Virus record (IMG/VR): IMGVR_UViG_3300044633_001982
From: a virus
Lineage: Duplodnaviria; Caudoviricetes
Strand: one strand, 5' to 3'
DNA: 64,000 nucleotides
Positions within the stretch are counted from its first letter, which is position 1, and the number at the start of each line of letters is the position of its first letter. The position numbers were made by a program, and so were the translations under genes. Below the pieces are notes generated by a model, which had not been told where the DNA came from, ran no database searches, and saw only the letters and a program-made list of their open reading frames with translations. Positions 26,732-35,358 of the stretch are shown here, piece by piece.

Positions 26732-27313
26732 ATGAGTAAAAGAATTAAACCTGAATTGAAAATTGGTGACAGGGTAGTTTGTCTAGAAATGGAGGATGAA
26801 CCAAAATATTTTGGAGAAAGGGGTACAGTTACCGGGATTAATAAAGGACCCGGATTTCTTCAATATAATGTGGAGTGGGATAATGGAGGTGGACTTTTTT
26901 TACTTGATACCGATTCATGGATTTTAGAAAAAGATTTCAAAAAAAAATCAAAAATTAACGAAAATGATGACGTTAATAAACTTGCGGAAAATTCTAAAAT
27001 ATTGAAATATTTTAAAATGTTGGAAATAAAAAAATATTTGGATTTATTAAGAGAAACAGGTATTGTAAATATGTTTGGAGCATCTCCGTATCTTTATATT
27101 GGGGGAAATATTCTTAAAAAAGAACATTACGATGTTGAAGACGATAATTTTGAAGATTTGGTAGAACTGGCGGATAATACTAGAAACATAATGATTAGAG
27201 GTTCTATGAAAATGCTAGAAGACGAGGGTAAAGAAATTACTCCTGAAAATGTTAACAAAGTTATTAGACGTTACTCCTCAAAAATTCTATCTTTTTGGAT
27301 GACTCATTATTGA
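26732..27313 (+). CDS. hypothetical two-module protein (SH3/KOW-like plus helical)
   Basis: LKIGDRVV...GTV...YNVEWDNG; KINE junction; YLDLLRETGIVNMFGASPYL. Confidence 0.65.
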   Translation: MSKRIKPELKIGDRVVCLEMEDEPKYFGERGTVTGINKGPGFLQYNVEWDNGGGLFLLDTDSWILEKDFKKKSKINENDDVNKLAENSKILKYFKMLEIKKYLDLLRETGIVNMFGASPYLYIGGNILKKEHYDVEDDNFEDLVELADNTRNIMIRGSMKMLEDEGKEITPENVNKVIRRYSSKILSFWMTHY

Positions 27314-27549
27314 TGTGTTAAAAATATAGGATTTCTTTCACCAAAATACCCACCGAGAATATTATAATAATAGTATTCGTAGGCTTCATCTTCAGTCATA
27401 TCCTCCATTAATTTTGTGATGATTTTATCTCGAGAATAAAGAACCCTTGGCTCGTTACCAAATTCCTCAGTAATACCTACAATACAATCATCAAATCCAT
27501 CTAATAAGATTGCACCTTCGGCAAATTCATTAACATCTTGAATTATCAT
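27307..27549 (-). CDS. conserved phage hypothetical protein
   Basis: LLDGFDDCIVG...EAYEY..YNILGGY.GE.NPIF. Confidence 0.7.
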   Translation of the reverse strand: MIIQDVNEFAEGAILLDGFDDCIVGITEEFGNEPRVLYSRDKIITKLMEDMTEDEAYEYYYYNILGGYFGERNPIFLTHQ

Positions 27550-28043
27550 AATTCTGAAAAATTAATGCCGTCACTATCTTTGTCACTCATTTTTAATTTA
27601 AAAGTGAAACCTGATGTCATTTTTGTAATTAACTCTCTAACATCTTCAACACTATCCCATTTTATCGAAACTTCATGGTCTGAAGAGTATTCTTCATCGA
27701 CTAAGTAATTGACTATAGTTCCACTTTGTAAAGTTAAAAATCCATGAGCATATCCATGAGGTACATAAAGAACATCACCTTCATTCATCATAAAATCAAA
27801 AGTTTTACCAAAATTTGGGTTTAACTTATCAATACAGACACAAAAATCTAAAATGCGTCCCTGAATAACAGTTAATTGTTTTGCTTGCGATTTTGGGTAT
27901 TTTTGCAAATGTAACCCTCTGAAAACAAAAATATCTTCATTAATACTAATGTTTGATTGAATCCATTTATCGGATAATTTAATTGGTGTGAAAGAACCTC
28001 TATGGTCTTTGAATATTGGTTGTTTTTTTAATTCAGGAGTCAT
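27546..28043 (-). CDS. rmlC: dTDP-4-dehydrorhamnose 3,5-epimerase-like cupin
   Basis: FKDHRGSF, FRGLHLQ...QAK, LYVPHGYAHGFLTL; start 28043 supported by TACATTTG at 28077-84 (-). Confidence 0.85.
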   Translation of the reverse strand: MTPELKKQPIFKDHRGSFTPIKLSDKWIQSNISINEDIFVFRGLHLQKYPKSQAKQLTVIQGRILDFCVCIDKLNPNFGKTFDFMMNEGDVLYVPHGYAHGFLTLQSGTIVNYLVDEEYSSDHEVSIKWDSVEDVRELITKMTSGFTFKLKMSDKDSDGINFSEL

Positions 28044-28115
28044 AATACCAAATTTAATAATAATACTTTTTTTTGTCAAATGTATATGTCAATATATTTA
28101 TTGTAAAATCAAACT

Positions 28116-28550
28116 ATGAAAGCATATTTTTTAAACATATCTGAAGAAGAAAGAAAACAAATCACTGAAAGACATATTGGTCTATACGATGGTTACAGAA
28201 CATTACAACCTCAAGGTAATATGACCCCTTTAACTGTTGAGGATTTAGCCGGTGATAAAAAAGGTGTAACTGTTTCAAATGAGGGAGAAGTTATGGAATA
28301 CAGAAACAAGGATATAAATAAAAAAACTAAACAAGTTTGTGAATCTTGTGGTGGGTTATATGAAGGTAAAATGTGTGAACAATGTTCGACTATGAAAGAG
28401 GCTGAAGAATGTAACGAATGTGGTGATAGTAATAAAGAATATACTATGGAAGAATTAGAGGAAAACGTTAAAGTTAAATCTAAAACTAATTTAATTTCTG
28501 AAGAAATTAATAAATCAAAAGATTGGTTTAATCGATTAAAAAAATATTGA
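28116..28550 (+). CDS. leader-tagged (class B) protein with CxxC zinc ribbons
   Basis: LNISEEERKQITERH; CESC, CEQC, CNEC. Confidence 0.7.
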   Translation: MKAYFLNISEEERKQITERHIGLYDGYRTLQPQGNMTPLTVEDLAGDKKGVTVSNEGEVMEYRNKDINKKTKQVCESCGGLYEGKMCEQCSTMKEAEECNECGDSNKEYTMEELEENVKVKSKTNLISEEINKSKDWFNRLKKY

Positions 28551-28551
28551 T

Positions 28552-28872
28552 ATGAACTTGGAATTGGTCGATTTCTATTATAATCAAAAAACTAATATGA
28601 TTGAGGTCGATTTCAGAATAGATGATGATTCTGAAGACGTAATTCGACATGAGGAATTTGATGTCGATGTCATATTAGAATCAGGATTTCAAATAGTTGA
28701 TTTTGACGATTTAAGTGATTCATATTCATCTTATGATGATTTAGAAGATTTTATTTTTGAAAAAGAAGAATCTTCAATTGAACCAACACTTGATGAATAT
28801 GAATTAAAAAATTTCCTTATTGAGTATTATTCAAACAATACTGGTAAATTACCTGACACTGAAATATTTTAG
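28552..28872 (+). CDS. hypothetical acidic protein
   Basis: 106-aa ORF, operonic. Confidence 0.65.
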   Translation: MNLELVDFYYNQKTNMIEVDFRIDDDSEDVIRHEEFDVDVILESGFQIVDFDDLSDSYSSYDDLEDFIFEKEESSIEPTLDEYELKNFLIEYYSNNTGKLPDTEIF

Positions 28873-29375
28873 GGACCTACTCGTGTAAATTTGATTACAA
28901 CCGATTCGTAAGGACCTGATGACCCAAATGCCCATTGACCTGTACTTCTTAAAGTTAATGATTCTAATGTAACGTCAACAATTTTAAATTTCTTAACTGT
29001 ACCATCAATGTTGAAACTTAAAATTTCATCACCACCGACTGAGGTTACACGAGACAATACATATTGGTTTAACCAAATTGTTTGACCAGTTGTAGTACCA
29101 ACAGGGTTAAATGATATCGTTGAATTAGAAATGTGCCATCTTGTAATACCAACTTCGATTGCGTCTAAAGGTAATGTACCATTTGGATTTACATACAAAT
29201 CACCAGTGTAAAAATTTTCACCACTTTCATCAGGTGATTGGTCTGAAGCCAACAAAGTTACTCTATCAATTACATATTCTCCACTTATTGATGTGTATTG
29301 AGCATTCCATTCGTCAGTCTTATAACATGAAGTTAAACTGAAAATACAAAGTAAAAATACGATTAATTTGTTCAT
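28869..29375 (-). CDS. lipoprotein, lipocalin-like beta fold
   Basis: MNKLIVFLLCIFSLTS-C; ISGEYVI; TATATTTG 29391-98 (-). Confidence 0.7.
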   Translation of the reverse strand: MNKLIVFLLCIFSLTSCYKTDEWNAQYTSISGEYVIDRVTLLASDQSPDESGENFYTGDLYVNPNGTLPLDAIEVGITRWHISNSTISFNPVGTTTGQTIWLNQYVLSRVTSVGGDEILSFNIDGTVKKFKIVDVTLESLTLRSTGQWAFGSSGPYESVVIKFTRVGP

Positions 29376-29437
29376 TGGATTATTTTTTTACAAATATACT
29401 ATTTTTTTTCTAATTACAAAAATATTTATAAAGTAAA

Positions 29438-29734
29438 ATGTTGTTTGACTTTGAAACATACATAAACTTATTAAAAAGTTTTGGTGAGGAAAAACTGACT
29501 GAACAAGAATCAACTCCCCCTCCTTCAGGCGGTGCATCAGGAGGAGGTTCTACACCTCCGGCTGCATACCCAACAGTTACTAAATGGGAGAGTGGTCTAA
29601 CAAGAGGTAAGGCAAATCAAATTGGTAATACTAAATGGGAGAGTGGTCTAACAAGAGGTAAGGCAAATCCAGTTAATAACAAAGAAAAATGGACAACAGG
29701 AATTAAACGAGGAAAAGCAAATACGTTATTATGA
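29438..29734 (+). CDS. small repeat protein with 3x W-x-[ST]G[LI]xRGKAN
   Basis: Identical 41-nt repeats at 29578-29618 and 29629-29669; LTE followed by Pro/Gly linker. Confidence 0.7.
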   Translation: MLFDFETYINLLKSFGEEKLTEQESTPPPSGGASGGGSTPPAAYPTVTKWESGLTRGKANQIGNTKWESGLTRGKANPVNNKEKWTTGIKRGKANTLL

Positions 29735-31299
29735 AAAATACAGACTTAAAAAAAATTGTTAGAAAAGTTTTATTAGAAGCGGTGGACACTTCATTGGTAA
29801 ATAGAATAATTAAAAAATTAGATAGTTCTAGTTCTCAGTATGGTTGGACTCTTGGGGGAGGGACTGATGAGGATGCGTACGTTAGTGCGATACAAGAAAT
29901 ACCAAATTTTGAAACCGCGAAGGCAATCAACGACAAATTTAATTTAAGAGAATCAGTAGATGACGAATTTAATTTTGATAAAGATGATGATTGGGAGTAT
30001 GTTAGTCAAATTTTTGACCACATGGAAAGTATTGGGGTAAAAGTGATAAATCCAACTAATCAGGATTCTTTTGATTTTGATTTTTCAAAAAATAGGTCCA
30101 CAATAGGTGGAGGTGATTCCTCTGACCAAGGAGGGGGACAAAAAACACCTGACAAAGAACAAGAGGTAGTTATTTCAAAAGGAAAATGTAAAGATGCACC
30201 ATCTCTTACTAGTATATGTTCAGGTTCGGCTTATTTAAAGAGTTGTATGAAAGGTATTAAAGGTTCTAAAGACGACGCAATATCTAAAGTACAAGAATTT
30301 TTAATAAGTAAAGGTTTTAAAAAAGTTTCAAAAACAGGGGAGGTAGATGCAATTTATGGTCCTTTAACTAAAGAAATGGTTAAACAATATCAAACATCTG
30401 TTAATATAAAGGCCGATGGAATTGCCGGACCTCAAACTGTTTCAACTATGGGTATTTGTAAAGTCACTAATAATCAACAAGGTGGTACATTACCGGGACC
30501 ATCACTACCAGGACCGTCACTACCAGGCCCTGACGGTGGTATACCTACAAAACCTGTTGACGACCCACTTGATGTTAAGGAAACCATATGTAGACCTGCA
30601 GATAAACAAGTTATCACAGCTTATAATTCAATAGTTGATAATATAAAATCTGAAGAACCTAATTTTTTGAGGAGAGAGTGTCGATTAGTAATTAATTATC
30701 AAATGGAACAAAAAGAACATTGTGATAATTTAGAAGAAGTAATATGTTTTTGTGGAACTAAAGCCAGTTCAGGTGACGACGGGTATTCTTATATGGGAGA
30801 AAGAAAACAGTATTTAAAAAATTATGTTAAGACTTACTGTAAATCTGAATTTGTAAAAGATGATAATAAACCAATCACTGTAGATAAAAATAGACCAATA
30901 ATTCCCGGATGTCAAACACCTGGAAGTGTCATTGCAATTCTTCAACAGGAAGATGATAAATTAAGTAAAGAAGATTGTAAAATATTATTTAATGAGGCGG
31001 TTAATTGGTATAACTCATGGAAAAAATGTGAAAGAGGGAAACACTCTCCAAATCCTGCGTACAAAGACAAATGTTTTTCTTGTCTAAATAGATATAATTT
31101 CAATTGGAAAGATTTAGGTAGTGGGGAAAATAAAGTTATGAAGATGTATAATTTTAATAAAAGAGAGATTAATAAAAAACAAAGAAGAGAACTTACAAGA
31201 ATGGAATCAATTGAATCTTTAAATACCGCTCTTTTGTACATGAATTATGACATGAATAAAACTTTAACTGAAAATAAAAATATAATTTTAAAAAAATGA
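29731..31299 (+). CDS. leader-tagged multidomain protein: GGTDE motif, peptidoglycan-binding domain, Cys-rich C-terminus
   Basis: LKKIVRKVLLE; GGGTDEDAY; VDAIYGPLT..MVKQYQ....IKADGIAGPQT; PGPSL repeats. Confidence 0.7.
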   Translation: MKNTDLKKIVRKVLLEAVDTSLVNRIIKKLDSSSSQYGWTLGGGTDEDAYVSAIQEIPNFETAKAINDKFNLRESVDDEFNFDKDDDWEYVSQIFDHMESIGVKVINPTNQDSFDFDFSKNRSTIGGGDSSDQGGGQKTPDKEQEVVISKGKCKDAPSLTSICSGSAYLKSCMKGIKGSKDDAISKVQEFLISKGFKKVSKTGEVDAIYGPLTKEMVKQYQTSVNIKADGIAGPQTVSTMGICKVTNNQQGGTLPGPSLPGPSLPGPDGGIPTKPVDDPLDVKETICRPADKQVITAYNSIVDNIKSEEPNFLRRECRLVINYQMEQKEHCDNLEEVICFCGTKASSGDDGYSYMGERKQYLKNYVKTYCKSEFVKDDNKPITVDKNRPIIPGCQTPGSVIAILQQEDDKLSKEDCKILFNEAVNWYNSWKKCERGKHSPNPAYKDKCFSCLNRYNFNWKDLGSGENKVMKMYNFNKREINKKQRRELTRMESIESLNTALLYMNYDMNKTLTENKNIILKK

Positions 31300-31940
31300 C
31301 AAAGACTGAAAAACAATTTAAAATAGTTTGTGAAAAATTCATACAATCCCCACCAAAATACAGGATGAAGATTGTGTTACCACAATTAATTGAATCTATG
31401 AATCAAGTAAAACTTGAAAAGTTAAAAATGTTAAGTGAAGATAAAAGTTGGCTTGATAGTATAGGTGACACAGTATCAGGTTGGTTTGGTGGTACAGGTA
31501 TGAACACTATTTGGGAAAGAGTTATTGACGGTATTTTAGATGGTATGGGATTAGAAGAAGGTATAATGAGAGATACTGTATCTGTAGTTTTAGCGAATGC
31601 TAAATGGAGTGAAATTCCAGGTATACTTACCGACTGTAATAAATTTAGTGATTTAGTTGTTGCTCAAATACCTGAAATTGTTACAAAATATGTCGCCAGA
31701 CAATTTGTAGATGAAGACATTTTAACAGTTGCATTAAGAAAAACAATTATTGACACTCTTGCAACTACCGAATTTGCTCAAAGTATGAAAGGTACCGTTA
31801 GAAAAATTGTTTGTGATGCAATGGGATGGTTAGGAGGATTATTTGGTGATGGGATAACACAGGAAAAAATAGACCAACGTAAAAAAGAACTTCCCGCTTA
31901 TAGTAGAGGGAAAGACACAAAACCAGTAGTATTTAAGTAA
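31296..31940 (+). CDS. hypothetical helical protein
   Basis: 214 aa, operonic with 29731. Confidence 0.7.
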   Translation: MTKTEKQFKIVCEKFIQSPPKYRMKIVLPQLIESMNQVKLEKLKMLSEDKSWLDSIGDTVSGWFGGTGMNTIWERVIDGILDGMGLEEGIMRDTVSVVLANAKWSEIPGILTDCNKFSDLVVAQIPEIVTKYVARQFVDEDILTVALRKTIIDTLATTEFAQSMKGTVRKIVCDAMGWLGGLFGDGITQEKIDQRKKELPAYSRGKDTKPVVFK

Positions 31941-32012
31941 CTTAAAAAAATTGATGAACTGAGAAGTTCTCAATATAAACCATATATTTCAAAGGGGGTA
32001 TTTAAATCTACG

Positions 32013-32038
32013 ATAAAGGTGACGAGAGTCACCTTTAT
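32013..32038. terminator. bidirectional terminator
   Basis: ATAAAGGTGAC GAGA GTCACCTTTAT. Confidence 0.75.
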
Positions 32039-32043
32039 TGTTT

Positions 32044-32532
32044 TTAAAAACTTTGTAAAAATTCTTCGTAAATTCTTTTTAATTTTTCAGTCGACGAATC
32101 ATAAAAGATATTAGGTTCAGAAGGGAGTGTTATCATTTTTAATCCTGATTCATGAAGTAGTTTGTCACCTTTTTTTAAATTACACGGACTACAACAAGTT
32201 ACAAGATTTGACCAAGTATTTCCTCCACCTTTACTTTTTGGTAAAATGTGGTCAATTGTTAAATTTTTTTTACTTCCACAATAAACGCAAGTGTGACCAT
32301 CTCGTCTCATAATTCTATGACGGTTAACTCTCATTTTTCTGAATTTATACTTAACGTAATTATTTAAACGAATTATAATTGGTTTATTGATAACATATAA
32401 ACCACAATAAATTAACTCATCAGAACTTTTAACCGCTTCAGCTTTACCTTTATATAATAAATTAAAACCTCTTTTAAAAGAAGTTACATTTATTGGGGAA
32501 TAATCTGAGTTTAAAACTAAAACTGAATTCAT
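32044..32532 (-). CDS. HNH endonuclease (McrA-like)
   Basis: VLVLN.DY.P, RRDGHTCVYCG, LTIDHILPKSKGG..TWSNLVTCC..CN..K; start moved to 32532. Confidence 0.9.
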   Translation of the reverse strand: MNSVLVLNSDYSPINVTSFKRGFNLLYKGKAEAVKSSDELIYCGLYVINKPIIIRLNNYVKYKFRKMRVNRHRIMRRDGHTCVYCGSKKNLTIDHILPKSKGGGNTWSNLVTCCSPCNLKKGDKLLHESGLKMITLPSEPNIFYDSSTEKLKRIYEEFLQSF

Positions 32533-32599
32533 AATTGATACAAATATAAAAACAATATTTGATTTTTCAAAATACACTTATCATTTATATTTATTTGAT

Positions 32600-33370
32600 A
32601 TGGATAAAAATAAATTAATTTCATTAGCAAATAGATTAGGAAAAACTATTCTAAAAAAATATTCAGGTAAAATGTTACCTGGTGATGCGTATAATCAACT
32701 AAGAAAGGATGAACAATATAGTTTTTTATTTAGACAACCAAATGGCCACATTGTCATTATTTGTTTTTTAGTTTCAATACCTGAAAGTCAAAGAGAAACT
32801 CAATTTGATAATATAATGTCAAGTTTATTCACATTTACGTATTATACAATTGAAAGTGACGAGGTTGATGAGGAGTGTTCTGACTGTTACGGTAATGGAA
32901 CGGTCGATTGTAGTAATTGCGATGGTAATGGTAAGGTTGATTGTGATGAATGTGATGGTGATGGTGAAGATTCAGATGGTGATACTTGTGACAGATGTGA
33001 TGGTGAAGGTGATTTTCAATGTGACTATTGTGGTGGTAGTGGACAAGAGACTTGTGACAGATGTGAAGGCCAAGGATACATAAACATTGATGACACTTAT
33101 GAAATTGAACAGTATTATTGTGCATCATACGGCCCAAATACACTTGAAGTTTGTGAAATGTATGAGAAAGATGATGTTGTAACATCAGGAGATATTAATA
33201 CTATTGAGAATAGAAAAAAAACAATAGTATTATACACCGATACGAGAAATATTGTGGAAAACAGTGAGTTATATCGTAACGATATTCATTTTTATGAATA
33301 TAACAGGACTCCTGAATTTTATGGTAATGGTAACTATATTTCTGACACCCACATTAATGATAAAGATTAA
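32600..33370 (+). CDS. DnaJ-type zinc-finger repeat protein (6x CxxCxGxG), no J domain
   Basis: CSDCYGNG, CSNCDGNG, CDECDGDG, CDRCDGEG, CDYCGGSG, CDRCEGQG. Confidence 0.75.
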   Translation: MDKNKLISLANRLGKTILKKYSGKMLPGDAYNQLRKDEQYSFLFRQPNGHIVIICFLVSIPESQRETQFDNIMSSLFTFTYYTIESDEVDEECSDCYGNGTVDCSNCDGNGKVDCDECDGDGEDSDGDTCDRCDGEGDFQCDYCGGSGQETCDRCEGQGYINIDDTYEIEQYYCASYGPNTLEVCEMYEKDDVVTSGDINTIENRKKTIVLYTDTRNIVENSELYRNDIHFYEYNRTPEFYGNGNYISDTHINDKD

Positions 33371-33396
33371 AAAAAGAGGACTTTGTCCTCTTTTTT
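33369..33396. terminator. bidirectional terminator
   Basis: AAAAAAAGAGGAC TTT GTCCTCTTTTTT. Confidence 0.85.
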
Positions 33397-33400
33397 GTTA

Positions 33401-33475
33401 TGGTACCCCCGTCTGGACTCGAACCAGAAATAACTGCTTAGAAGGCAGTGGGTATATCCCTTTACCTACAGGGGC
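33401..33475 (-). tRNA. tRNA-Arg(UCU), CCA encoded
   Basis: Folded by hand: acceptor GCCCCTG/CGGGGGT, D GGTA/TACC, anticodon stem ACTGC/GCAGT with loop CT-TCT-AA, T-arm TCTGG-TTCGAGT-CCAGA, 3' ACCA. Confidence 0.95.
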
Positions 33476-33514
33476 GATTTTATTAATACAAATATAAATA
33501 AAAAAATAGAAGTA

Positions 33515-33688
33515 TCAAATTTTTTTAATAGTATACCTATGTCCCGAATCTGAATTCATCTGAAGAATGTTTTTAAAATCTTCAGCTTGTTCACTTGAGT
33601 CAAATTCAAGAACTTCATCCTGAGAATTTAAAATTATTACAGGTAATTCTTTTTTATCAACTTTGATATATTTTACTATACAATACAT
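33515..33688 (-). CDS. 57-aa hypothetical protein (not in ORF track)
   Basis: MYCIVKYIKVDKKELPVIILNSQDEVLEFDSSEQAEDFKNILQMNSDSGHRYTIKKI. Confidence 0.65.
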   Translation of the reverse strand: MYCIVKYIKVDKKELPVIILNSQDEVLEFDSSEQAEDFKNILQMNSDSGHRYTIKKI

Positions 33689-33690
33689 AT

Positions 33691-33882
33691 TTAAAAATGT
33701 GTTCCACTATAATTGTCCCATGGACAAGGGTCCACAGATATTTTTAATTTAGATTTTTTAATAATTTGAATATCTTTATCTTTTAAAAAATCAGAATCGT
33801 TTTTAAAATCTTTCCAAGTGTCAAAATCTTTTAAAGATTCTAACACCTCAACAGGTAAAATAACATATTCAGTACTATTCAT
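33691..33882 (-). CDS. hypothetical protein
   Basis: 63 aa, operonic between PspC and the 57-aa ORF. Confidence 0.65.
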   Translation of the reverse strand: MNSTEYVILPVEVLESLKDFDTWKDFKNDSDFLKDKDIQIIKKSKLKISVDPCPWDNYSGTHF

Positions 33883-33886
33883 AATT

Positions 33887-34060
33887 CTATCTTGATGGTA
33901 GCATTATCCACATCACAATATAAATAGTAACAACTGGAATACTTGTAGAAAATAACAAATATAAAAAAATTAATCTAACAATAAATGAGGGTATTCCAAA
34001 TTTCTCAGAAATCCCTGAGCAAATCCCTCCTAATATTTTTCCATATGATGAACGATACAT
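33887..34060 (-). CDS. pspC: PspC-domain protein, 57 aa (not in ORF track)
   Basis: MYRSSYGKILGGICSGISEKFGIPSFIVRLIFLYLLFSTSIPVVTIYIVMWIMLP; TAACTTTG 34065-72 (-). Confidence 0.85.
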   Translation of the reverse strand: MYRSSYGKILGGICSGISEKFGIPSFIVRLIFLYLLFSTSIPVVTIYIVMWIMLPSR

Positions 34061-34125
34061 ATTACAAAGTTACAAAAAAAAAATGAAATACACAACATTT
34101 ATAATGAATAATATATTTATAATAT

Positions 34126-35358
34126 ATGAAATTCAACCAAGTTACAAATGCGGGTGAGAAAAAAATTACCAGAGGATATGGTATGAAAATGCACCCTATT
34201 CATAAAAGAATGAAAATGCACCATGGAATTGACATTCCAGTATCGACAGGTCATGACATTTATTCAATTGCGGATGGTATAATTATCGATAGTGAAATTA
34301 GAAGCGACGCTTGTGGAGGTACTATAAAAGTTTCTCACGGAGTTGTAAATGGTAAAAAATTATACACTAGATTTTGTCACTGTAGTAAACTTTTAAAGAA
34401 AAAAGGTGACATTGTCAAACAAGGTGATGTTATCGCAAAATCAGGTGGAGGTAAAGGTGACCCAGGACGAGGTGGGTCCACGGGTCCACATATTCATTTT
34501 GAAGTTTACGAAAATGGAAGTACTGTTGACCCAATGCCTTATTATAAAAATTCTGTAGGTGGGGAACAAACTGAGTTACCGAGTGAAGTTGATTTGGACA
34601 AATATAAAGATGAGTTAGAAAAGGATGGTGATTTAGATATGGACACAGGTGATACAAAGAAAACATCAAGACAAGTTGCTAAAGATTTAATAAAAAAATT
34701 ATTTGGAATAGATAAAAATTCGTCTATTGAAAATGAGGTTGTAAATGAAATATTTAGAGTTAGAGAAATTATAGAAGAACTAATTCCGACTTTTAAAATT
34801 GACACAGGTAGTAATAATGATAATAATGACGGTAAAACTTGCGGACCGTATGACCCTAATTCACTACCCGTTAAACCATGTACCTCAAGAGTTGCAAATG
34901 GTAACGTGATTACATATACAGGGTCAGATGTTATTGCTCAAGACACTGGTACTATCACGGGTGTCACTAAAGGAAGTTATACTCAGGCAATAAAAATTGG
35001 TAATACCGCTTATTATTGGAATGGTAGCTTAGATAAACAAATGGGTGTTAATATAAATAAGGGTGATAAATTAGGTATGACAGGGTCAGATAAAAAATTA
35101 ATTACCCAACCTTATAGTTCACAAACTCCAAATAAGACTCAAACTTCTACTCCTTCTAAAAATGATGGAAAGACAGTAAATCCTTTAGCTCAAACCTCAA
35201 GTGACTCTAGAAATCAGGCTAAAAATTACGTTAAAAATATTATTAACACATTAACAGGTACCCAAACACAAGCTCCAACTACAAAAAAGGAATCAATTGA
35301 AAAATTAAAACCTTTAATTGAAAACGAATTAAAAAGTTTTAAAAAATTTATAAAATGA
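34126..35358 (+). CDS. M23 family peptidase with a second degenerate domain
   Basis: HHGIDI, YTRFCHCS, GGSTGPHIHFEV. Confidence 0.85.
   Translation: MKFNQVTNAGEKKITRGYGMKMHPIHKRMKMHHGIDIPVSTGHDIYSIADGIIIDSEIRSDACGGTIKVSHGVVNGKKLYTRFCHCSKLLKKKGDIVKQGDVIAKSGGGKGDPGRGGSTGPHIHFEVYENGSTVDPMPYYKNSVGGEQTELPSEVDLDKYKDELEKDGDLDMDTGDTKKTSRQVAKDLIKKLFGIDKNSSIENEVVNEIFRVREIIEELIPTFKIDTGSNNDNNDGKTCGPYDPNSLPVKPCTSRVANGNVITYTGSDVIAQDTGTITGVTKGSYTQAIKIGNTAYYWNGSLDKQMGVNINKGDKLGMTGSDKKLITQPYSSQTPNKTQTSTPSKNDGKTVNPLAQTSSDSRNQAKNYVKNIINTLTGTQTQAPTTKKESIEKLKPLIENELKSFKKFIK

Noticed and set aside
29578-29669. 41-nt direct repeats as a CRISPR mini-array
   Set aside because: In-frame coding repeats with a 10-nt spacer; no cas genes.
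33252-33497. ORF 33252-33497 (+)
   Set aside because: Alternative frame of 32600 running antisense across tRNA-Arg.
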